Below, piece by piece: positions 54,579 to 64,000 of a stretch of DNA of 64,000 nt. The DNA is from Tubiluchus corallicola (lineage: Eukaryota > Animalia > Priapulida). Under the pieces are notes generated by a model. That model saw only the letters and a list, made by a program, of their open reading frames with translations, was not told the DNA's origin and made no database searches. Where the stretch lies: positions 442,275 through 506,274 of the forward strand of contig JAQGDQ010000143.1 of assembly GCA_030141605.1 (NCBI GenBank), given 5' to 3'. Numbering within the stretch: the stretch's first letter is position 1; the number at the start of each line of letters is the position of its first letter. The translations under genes were made by a program, and so were the position numbers.

Positions 54579-55772
54579 ATGGCTGAACTCTCACTCAAGG
54601 AAGGTGCGGGAGTCACCCTAACCACCTTGGCTGACAACGGGTCCAATGTGTTTGATGTTTCTACTTTAGTACCCGGGATAACTGAAGATCCCCGCATACG
54701 CGATGTCAAATTCGTGGTTTATTCGGTCTTCGTTCCCATCGTTTGTGTTGTCGGTATCGTCGGAGATGTGCTGAACTTAATCGTCCTCTGGAGATCCGGC
54801 AGTCTTAGAAGTGTCTCTTACGTCTACATGCGATGGCTGGCCGTGGCGGACTTCTTTGTCATGATCACCTCGTCAGCTTGGTTCTTGGTCGACCACCTCC
54901 AGGACGCACTGGAGTTTCACGATTCTGTGCACATGTTGCGCTACCGCTATAAATCGGTTCTATTTCTGATAAACTCCTTCATATGTGCCAGTAATTTGTT
55001 AGTGATGGCCATCACCCTGGACAGATACCTATCCGTTTGTCACCCGATCAGCTCGCAGCACCTTCGGAGCCACGAACGGGCCAACATCGCCGTCGGAACC
55101 ATTTACATCATCGCCTTCTTGATAAGCGTTCCTTACGTGTTCGCAAATGAAGTCGTAGTAAATCCGAATTTTAACGAATCTGAATGGGTGTCACAGCCGA
55201 GACACGAGGTTGAAGACAACATTCTGTATAAGTACGTGTGGACATGGGTAAAAGAGTCCATAAATAAGTTCATACCTATTCTGAGTGTAGTCATACTTAA
55301 CATGCTTATCTTGCAAACACACAGGAAGACGGTGCAGAAGAGAAAGCAGATGAAATCGGCCATAAAAAACAATGGAACAGCTAAGAGCAGAGATGAGAAA
55401 CAGGAGCGCCGCCTAGCCATATTGCTTGTTTCTATATCAGTGGTTTTTGTCGTTTTTTCGTTACCCGCAGCTTTTGTCACCATCTTGAATAGAATGTATA
55501 AGACAGCAAAGAGGAAGTTTGGCTTCCGTGTTTATATCATTCTTGCAAACTTACTCGAACTCACAAACTTTGCCGTGAATTTTTATGTCTACAGCGGGGC
55601 TAGTGCGGACTTCAGGAAGAACTTTCGCGAAGTTTTCGATTGCTGTAAGTGCACAATCACCAATAGGTGGGGACAGTATCGAAAAACAGAACTGAATGCT
55701 GAACGAGACATGGAAAATACGACAGTAGTACAGACTGTGCCAGCGTCACCTCAAAAAATGACTCCTGTATAA
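54579..55772 (+). CDS. Rhodopsin-like (class A) GPCR, FMRFamide-receptor-like peptide/orphan receptor group, 397 aa
   Basis: Seven hydrophobic segments; GIVG(D)xLN, LAVAD, LDRYLSVCHP, TM5 FIP...LN, TM6 FSLP, TM7 NFAVNFYVY, helix 8 FRKNF; GC content higher than flanks; uninterrupted ORF. Confidence 0.96.
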   Translation: MAELSLKEGAGVTLTTLADNGSNVFDVSTLVPGITEDPRIRDVKFVVYSVFVPIVCVVGIVGDVLNLIVLWRSGSLRSVSYVYMRWLAVADFFVMITSSAWFLVDHLQDALEFHDSVHMLRYRYKSVLFLINSFICASNLLVMAITLDRYLSVCHPISSQHLRSHERANIAVGTIYIIAFLISVPYVFANEVVVNPNFNESEWVSQPRHEVEDNILYKYVWTWVKESINKFIPILSVVILNMLILQTHRKTVQKRKQMKSAIKNNGTAKSRDEKQERRLAILLVSISVVFVVFSLPAAFVTILNRMYKTAKRKFGFRVYIILANLLELTNFAVNFYVYSGASADFRKNFREVFDCCKCTITNRWGQYRKTELNAERDMENTTVVQTVPASPQKMTPV

Positions 55773-55778
55773 AATAAA
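55773..55778 (+). promoter_or_regulatory. AATAAA directly after the stop codon (candidate proximal polyA signal)
   Basis: gtaTAAaataaa; further candidates near 56953 (ATTAAA) and 57115 (AATAAA). Confidence 0.3.
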
Positions 55779-58039
55779 AATCTCACAGATATGGTATTAT
55801 GAACTACTAATTTTGTGATCCATATTCATTAGCTACACTGAAATGACAGCATTTTTCCATGCTGTAAGAAGCAGAAAAAACTGCATTACACACGGTGAAA
55901 ATTTAAAATGCTATTATTTAGGCTACTAGAAATACTGTAATTTAACGAAATATTTTAGAAATTTTTAATTTAGAAGGTGCACTGCTTATTATTTTATGTT
56001 AGTGCGAAGTTATATTGGTCTACAGTGCATATTGTAATGTGTAGTAAAGTTCAAATTATACTTAACCCTCTGTAAGCAATTACATAGATTAGCTTTAACT
56101 AATATGGCCTACGTGAAGTTATGCTAAAATGATATTTCTCGGTAAAATCATAAATTATAGCTCTTATATGCACATTTCTATATTATAAATGCAAAATTAT
56201 TTCGCCTAGGAATTAGGAAATGTCCTTTAATACCATTTCGGATGAATGCCAAAATGCTTTGCATCATACGGGAGATATTTAACTTATCTAAACTCTAGAA
56301 CAGAATTCGCAAAATTAATAAGCAACGTTTCCATGAGCATTTGTTATTTAGAAGTAAAGCGTCGTTTTTGTGTTGACAGCAATATAATCGCAAAGAAACA
56401 CAAGTTCAAACGTCACAGACAGCGACGGCGACGGTCATGCACCATTGAGGCACACCTACGCACACAGACAGGACTCACATGTAAGCTCAGGATATTACTA
56501 GATAATCTTAATGTCAAGATTATTATTTATAGTGATACAATCACACGATTAATTATCTGGATTTCAAACTTAAAAGCAAACAAACGTAAAAAAGTTGGTA
56601 TACAAATTGGATTTAAACCAGGGATCTTTTGTCTTTCATTATTTGGTATCAAAATTCAATTAATTATGGGCTTTTATCATCATAAGGATGCCATTGTTTC
56701 CAAACGTTATCCAAAAACGTCTATAGTTTCCTTCTTCTGTGGCTGAATTTGTATTCGTTTTATGCAAATTATTCATCTAGACGCTAAATAGAAGTTTTGT
56801 TGTTGTCAAAAATGTTAAACAAGTTTAAAAAAACATGTTCATATCTAGTATTGTAGAGAGCAAATTGTAAATGTGATGTACTTCATAGTTGTTGTTGCAC
56901 ACTATATGAGTGAGTTAAGGTTGCGTGTGAAATTGTATATATGTAATACGAAATTAAAATATGTGTTTATTGAAATGTACGCAAATAATAAGTTGTTTGT
57001 GTTTACATAAAACACTCACTGCAGCACCTTTTAGATACCTAAACATTTATAATTACTGTTACTCTTCCCTTACAGGTTTGAAGATTTAGGCAGGCATGTG
57101 AGCAAGTCGGTTAAAATAAATAGTGTTACCATTATAACATTTTTTGAAAAGATAGGAAACTATAGGCATTTTTTATTCCCATCAAACTATAATTTTGTAT
57201 ATTTAGGTTTTCTGTAATGCTTTGCAATGCTAACATATTAATTCTTCTTTTAGACACATTAATAGCAATTTTGATAATTACGAGAAAAAGTTACGTAACA
57301 CTTTGCATTTAAGATGAAGTCAAATCATAAACATTGATTGAAATATAAAATATATATGCTCAAAAAATAGTCAACTGCAGATAACAGCTTAAATTACCTA
57401 ACATTCAAGACTGTTTATAGCAACTTAAACCAAAGTTAGTTCATGATAACAATTCGGCTGAACTCAGATACTACGTGATACGTTTGCGGATTACTGATTT
57501 ATTGATGAGTGGGTGACATTGGTAGATTATTGGGTACCACAACTGATTGGTGAATATTATATTTCTGCCAAAAGCTTCTTCCAACGTTCCACTAGCGTGC
57601 ATAGCAAAATAAAACATAAATTAATACTTCTTTTAGTTTATATGACAAAGTTTAACGCTTCGCCTTCATCAAACCGTAAATTCTGAATATGCTGACTGAA
57701 AGCAAAACAACATACTTTTCTTACATTCATAAAGTGTATTTCGCTATTGGAAATTGACGCGCTATCACACAGCGAACTTGTTATTACAGTTTTCTGAATC
57801 AAATTACATGTATTCGTTTAAGCTTTTTCAAAAGCAAAAGTGCTGCTTATATATTTGGACAAGTTGTTTATTCATCAACTTTTAAAAGCATAGAAATTTT
57901 ATTACCTTGCTAGGATTTTTCCAAAGTACAGTTTTCAAAAGGTTCAATCTTATGGGCCATTTTTCAAGCATATTACTTGAACTAAAAGTAAAAGGCAGGC
58001 GTTTAACTCAGACATAGTCGATTTTGAGTGTTTTCACGT

Positions 58040-58430
58040 ATTTTGAGGCTCAAAATGCCGTATGGTCAAAACGTAAGGCTCTCCTCTTTAGACATAGATG
58101 TTACAGGCTGCCATCGGTCATAAAATAAACACAACAAGTATTCTGGCATCCCGTGTTCTGGAATCCTGAGTCTATTAATAATAGCAAGTGTCAGTTTATA
58201 AGAAGTCCTTCAGGTTCCAGTTGAATGATGTTTTAGTCTTTGGGAAAAGCAACGAGTAACTGCTGCACCTGGCCGTGATACATTGCTGACAGGCAGAGAA
58301 ATGATTATCCATATTAAACCATCAGAAATTGACCTTGAAGGACAGCCTTGGGCTTCAAAGTAACGTATTTCAGCAAAAATGAAATTTCGCGCACTTGAAG
58401 CCATGATAAAAATATTGTTAAACAAAACAA
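58040..58430 (-). mobile_element. Decayed CR1-type RT fragment
   Basis: FNNIF...FIFAEI....G...IISLPVS resembles LFN.....FK.A.I.P..K.G...ISLLPV.S. Confidence 0.35.
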
Positions 58431-59779
58431 AAAATTTTAAATATTGTTGTTAGTGCAAACAAAAAATGTTATTACTTTCCAGCAATTATTATTTCAATCA
58501 TCTGATTTACACATGTTCCAAGACACATTCTCTTACTAGATGTTATTTGCAATTTGAGTGTTGCCCATTCGGATAATTATTAATGTTTAGTATATGCATC
58601 ACGAAATTTTAGTTGATTACACAAAAAAATATATATCGCAGCATTTTACGTTATTTCCTCTTTTCTCTCATTCACTTTTCCCTTCTCCCTTTTCGCTCCC
58701 TTTCTCTACATATTTCCATAACTTTTCGAGAGCTGCAAGTTCATCGGACTGTTTTAAGTTCAGAAGGAGAGCTCAGGCTACGTCGAGGAATCGCGTAATG
58801 CGAACAAGCAAGCTAAAATAATATCGTGGTAAAGAAAAGGGGAGAGAACGAATGACACCCACGGTTCATGCTTGAACTACCAAAGATAATCATTCTGACA
58901 ATTAGTTATCTGAATTTTTCTAATCGTCTCGTTGTAACATTTGTATGTTCTCTAAATAAAGTAAATAAGTTAGTAAAAAATATTTCAAGCCTAAGGGTCA
59001 CATAAACAATTTACAACGCCGCAAGAATTTGTATGTGTACACTGCAAACATTCAATAGAATCAAAAATTACTTTAAAACTTTAGTATTCTAAAATTAGTT
59101 AATTAAAACATGCAAAACATCATCTTTTGCAAGGTTTACAAATGTTAGCACAATCACCAAACAGTTCCAAACAAAGTAGTTGTTATGGGCCTGTCATGTT
59201 TGCTTCTCATCAGACAGAGCATTCTTAACTGTGTCAAACGCCATCTATTAGTCATATGTGTAAGTTGGAGTTCAAGTTCCGCACAAAATCAACCACTAGA
59301 CCGAACAGGGCTTATTCAATGTGCAGGATCAAACTCTGACTCACCAGAATTAAAGCCTAAGATACACCACAACAGCCAGCGTTATGCGTCCGGCTTCTAG
59401 CGTCCAGCGTCTGGCGTTCACTTGGTAATGCGTTAACATCAAAGCGCTTGGCGTCCAACATCTAGGTCTGTTCGCCGCAGAAAAACAAAATAAACGACAT
59501 CAAATTTACAATTTGCATGCTTTCTCTTTTTACATTATTTATTCGGTTGACGGTTTATGCTGGTTGAGGAACAATTACTGGACGCTAGACGTTCAAAAAA
59601 TAAAAAAAGCTTCATGCGTCCGCTGCAACATTTTTGATTTCATCACCCATTGACAATATATTCTCGCTCCCAGACGTTGGTTAAATACTAGTCCTCTAAG
59701 ATGAGACATTGAACTGAGAGAGAAAGCGTCGTGTATAATACTAAAGCTTATATATAAGCATTGAGGACTGATTCACTAT

Positions 59780-60520
59780 AAATGATGGAGGAAAATAGTT
59801 TCACCTGCGTAGATAAGCCAAAACTACCGATAAAAACTGATGACCATTAAACAGAATTAATGTGCGATCAAAAATTCATCAAAGGACTACAACGTCTGAT
59901 AAAAGCAATGCAATGGATTTATTAAATCTTTGAAAAGCAATTTAGGAAGAGGCGAAGACTCGATAAAAATAAATGCAACACACTGGCCCAAAGAACCCAG
60001 CGCTACAAAATTTAAAGGCATTTACAACGTTTTAATTTTTTCAGATAATTAAATAGTCAAATAATTAACATCGTTGAGCCGCCATACAAACTTCCCTTTG
60101 ATCTTTTGATTCCGAATTGCTGATACGAATATCCTATACTACTATCCAAATATTACAAGGCGAATCAGCCGTCATCTTGCAAAGTACTTGTCCCTCATTT
60201 AAACAGTTTAATAATCGAATTACACAAGAATTGTCTTTTTGAAGCCATTTTGTTACTCAAAAATTAAGTCGTTTTCCCATGTATAGATCCTCCCACAAAT
60301 CATCTTAATAAACAACAATTGCTCTTCTAACATAATTGAATCGTTGAAAATATCTTGCTTTAAATTAATTCCTTTTTTATGTAAATGAGTGACACTCTCA
60401 TCACAACAGAGCGGTGTTAGATAATATTAAAACTGGGAAGGTGCAAATTTCAAGAATATTGTCCAAAAGATTTACATGAATGTCATTGAAGCCTGAAGCC
60501 TTATTGGTGTTAGAACAGTT
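59780..60520 (-). mobile_element. Decayed CR1-type RT fragment
   Basis: In order on the minus strand: NKASGFNDIHVNLLDNILEICTFPVLILSNTAL, VALGSLGQCVAFIFI (GVPQGS..GP..F.IFI) and IYAGET (YADDT). Confidence 0.55.
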
Positions 60521-62529
60521 ACCAAATTTATAAAATACAAAATTGAACATAATAAAAAAGTAAAAAAAAGTACCTCATTTGTCGCCAAGGAGTTCAAAAT
60601 TGTTTGTCAATCTTTTCAGATATTGATGAATAAATTTTACGTGATAAGTTGCAACATTAAACTTATGCAATGGCTGTTAGATACTTAGACGGCTGACTGA
60701 CTGTGTGTAACGCTAATATTGCACAATGTGAATTAAACTGTTGTTTTCGTATATGACTTAACTATTACTAAACCTCGTGCATTATTAATGTGCTGCATAA
60801 ATTCCTGCTTGGCTTAGTTTACAAATTAGTTCAGGTGCACGATAATAGTCAGCAATCATAAATCTTGAGCAGGTGTCTGTGTATTCAATATTATCTTTAC
60901 CTGTGTGTATTTTCTTACTTCATAATACTTTCTAACCGCCAGAGGCCAAAGTAGTGATTACAGAGGAATACTCAAGTGTCTCATTAATGTTGACAACATA
61001 TAGAATTTGTTCGTCTAATAATCATCATAGCGAAAGTCACACACAAATGGAGTTAATGCAAAAACCTGCCATAGCCACAATGACACAAATTAAATTTTAG
61101 TGACAATGAAGAAAAATACCACAATTAAAGCCAAAGAAAAAGAAAGTGCACAACGTTTTTAACTACCACTTTAGTTTTTCTTCAAATGAAACAAAAAAAG
61201 ACAAAAAAGAGAAAAAAAATTACAAGGTAGTATTGGAACTACTGAACGATTTTTGGGAGTTCTTTATTTATATTTTTGCATTTCTCCCTTGTGTTTTTAT
61301 CTGCTGTGCTTTTGTGATTTTCTACGTTCTTCCATTCTTTTTAGTGTGATATCCTTTTTATGATAAACAAAAAACTGCCAAAAAAATTGTTTAGTAGGTC
61401 TTTTAAGGCCTTGTTATTTTTCTCTTTTTTCGTCTTTTTTGTTTATTTAAAAAAGAACTACAATGCTAGCTCGCATTGTTGTGCTATTTCTTTCGTTCTC
61501 CTTGTTTGTTTTTGTTTGAGGTATTTTTATTCACTGCCATGGCCATATTAAAAGAGAAATATATTGCATTAGGTCACAGTTCAGAGGTCACCACACAATA
61601 AATCACATGCAGAAGGAACCAAAACAAACTGGATAAATATTGCTTGAGTGTCTTGTTGCTGTTGAAGACCAAATTACTATTTTATAATCACATTTTAAGT
61701 TTTTCTATTCAGATTTTTGATACAGTTTAACATAGAACGCTGAAAACCTTATTAAAAACTGTTAATTACAAATTCTGATATTATCTGCTGAGAAATCATA
61801 CTTATTTGTATTTTTAACATTGGCGTGATATATGAGCGTGTTTAATTTAAATGCGGAGAAATATTGTAATGGTTTTGCATTTAATTAACTATGTTATAAT
61901 ATGCCAATTTGAAATACGCTGTCTTTTATTTTACTTAATTTTATCTGAGCTTCTGTTTGCTCATACACCTGTATGGACTAAAGTCACATATGTGTTATAA
62001 AACTGGCGTGATGACTCTATTTAAGTTGTTTTAGAAACTCCCGTAGAGTTTATCAATAATATGGTGTAAATTTGAACCCGTGCGCAGCACGTTCGTGATT
62101 ACAAACTAAGTGCTCTTGAATCCGTTTCATTGTAGCCCATAAAGCAACATTTCCAAAAAATATAATTGTATAGCGAAACACCGCAAAATAATTTTATTTA
62201 TTTAGTATTTTTATTTATTTTTGAAGTGCCACAAATAATAAATGCAAACATAAAGTACGTAAAATGTAAAGTAAGAAAACAAGGATTACAAGTGGATTCT
62301 CGACTATAAAAAGGGGGGTATCATTCCAAAGACTTTTACTCCAAAGATTCATAATTTCCAGTAGCTGTAATGGCTATAATCTGATGAAAATAGATGCCAA
62401 GGCCATTCTTGTGGATAATTTAAGATATGTATAGATTAAACGTAGGACAAACGGAAAAACAACTGTTTATTATCACCTAAAATTATCACCGAAGTTTGGA
62501 ACGTTGCATATTGCTGCGTATGTTGCGTA

Positions 62530-62820
62530 TTGTTGCTTTTGTTTGATATTATTTTTTGCTCTATATTGAATTTCATTAATTTTTTCCTTGATATTATGCC
62601 TTGTTATGCTTTGAATTGCATTTCTGCTTTGAATTGAGTTTTGTTGCTTTTGCCTGATATAATTTTTTGCCTAAGTTGAATTCCGTTTTTGCTTTGCTTG
62701 TGATAGCTTCTTTTTACCTTGAGTTAAAATGCGTTTAGCTTGACATAATCCTTTAGTTATCTGATAAGTTTTGCTTACCTTGAAGAATTTAGTTTGTTTT
62801 TTGCTTTCACTTGATATGAG
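62530..62820. repeat. Highly degenerate T-rich tandem repeat (ttgct/ttgat/ttgaatt cores)
   Basis: Recurrent cores at roughly 20-nt spacing. Confidence 0.5.
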
Positions 62821-63630
62821 ATATATTTATTGATTTTTTGTATGGCATCTTTACATTACTGTATCTGTTTTACCATAAATTTATGCATATAGTAGAACTA
62901 TTATTATTATTATTCACAATTTAACCTCGTATTCAATTCTCAAGAATTTCTCACTTACTATTTTTCCGCCCTTTAAAAATTTGACTAGATTAAATATACA
63001 TTGCTGCTACTTAGTACTTAATTTAACACCAAGTCTGTTTTTAATACTATAATGTTTATATATGTATATGCATGTAAAAATGTCATGAGCCTGTAGGCAA
63101 ACTTGTATTTTTAATAAGGGGCAGCTGACTAAGTGACCGATAGGTCGAATTTTAACTGCTATTGAGAAAATAAAAATGAATTGAATTGAATTTGCGTAAA
63201 AGATGAAGTGTGTAGGTTCACTCCAGTCCATCACAATACTTATTATAAACGAAGATCTAACGTAACGGCTGCGGCTAAAGTTGAAAACCACGCTGTGGCT
63301 TAATTAAACATTGGGGAGACTAGATCAACGACATTTTAACGCGAGCAGCAGGGTGCAAAACAGTATAATTAGCGTTTGATTCGGAGGAAATCACGGCCAT
63401 ACAGCGTTTATAAAGGTCTTTCGTGATGACAGACTTACAACGTGACATGCTAGGAAACCAATTAAGCCAGTTGCTCATGGCCGGTGATGTTGCTAATGTT
63501 GTTGCTGTTAATTGTTGTGCTCTAGTGTCACACATATCAAGTATTTCTTACAAAGCGCAGTAATCTCTGGCACCAGTTGAGATGTTACAACTCCAGTGCG
63601 TTGTTGCTCTTTAACCTAAAACGTATCACC

Positions 63631-63810
63631 CATTTTTCTGAATGGCAGTCAATTAACTCAGCGGCAGTATTATGGTTCACTTCTCAGTGGCAGACATATC
63701 AGCCAAGTTAACGCCAATAGTATGATTCATTTCTCAATGGCAGACATCCACCGACGCACCTTTCCGGCAATAGTATTGTTGATTTCTCAATGGCAGACTT
63801 CCACCAAGTT
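63631..63810. repeat. Four-copy 45-53-bp tandem repeat with conserved TTCTCAATGGCAGAC core
   Basis: Cores start at 63636, 63681, 63731 and 63784. Confidence 0.8.
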
Positions 63811-64000
63811 TGCCCATGCTTGAGGGTTCAAAACATCAATGACAGGTGTGACTGTGACCACAGGCTGCTAAACATTGGGTTGTAGTTTGGTAAACGAAGA
63901 TAACAAAATTTTTTCTATGAACTTGAGAAAGATAATAAATGCACGGAGCATTAACGCATGAAAATCTTTCATAAACATTGTAAAACCAATACTTAAAAAA

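Noticed and set aside
55133-55483. Antisense ORFs within the GPCR and within the RT (8091-8429)
   Set aside because: Shadow frames of real coding sequence.
56246-56746. 166-aa ORF downstream of the GPCR
   Set aside because: No recognisable motif, AT-rich composition like the flanks, and it overlaps a decayed B-box; probably 3' UTR or intergenic.
63631-63810. CRISPR array
   Set aside because: Eukaryotic context, no cas genes, degenerate repeats, and short spacers that are related to each other.

Overview
AT-rich metazoan (invertebrate-like) nuclear DNA; not prokaryotic. I can support only one host protein-coding gene: a single-coding-exon rhodopsin-class GPCR of the FMRFamide-receptor-like group (54579-55772, +). 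It has a strong splice acceptor just upstream of the ATG, so non-coding exon(s) lie further 5'. The other ~62 kb is intron or intergenic DNA. It holds two 5'-truncated copies of an RTEX-like LINE with (AAATC)n tails, both sitting inside microsatellites. It also holds many decayed CR1/L2-type RT fragments, tRNA-, Meta-domain- and 5S-derived SINE pieces, several MITEs (Tc1/mariner-type, hAT-like, foldback-like), HINE/DINE-1-like elements, a probable Harbinger transposase fossil and abundant simple repeats. The best leads are possible microsatellite targeting by the RTEX-like LINE, atypical GPCR motifs, a three-element nest bracketed by a 30-bp duplication, and candidate distant exons on both strands. 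I found no CRISPR array, no intact RNA gene and no multi-gene system. All family assignments come from motif recognition by eye, not database searches.
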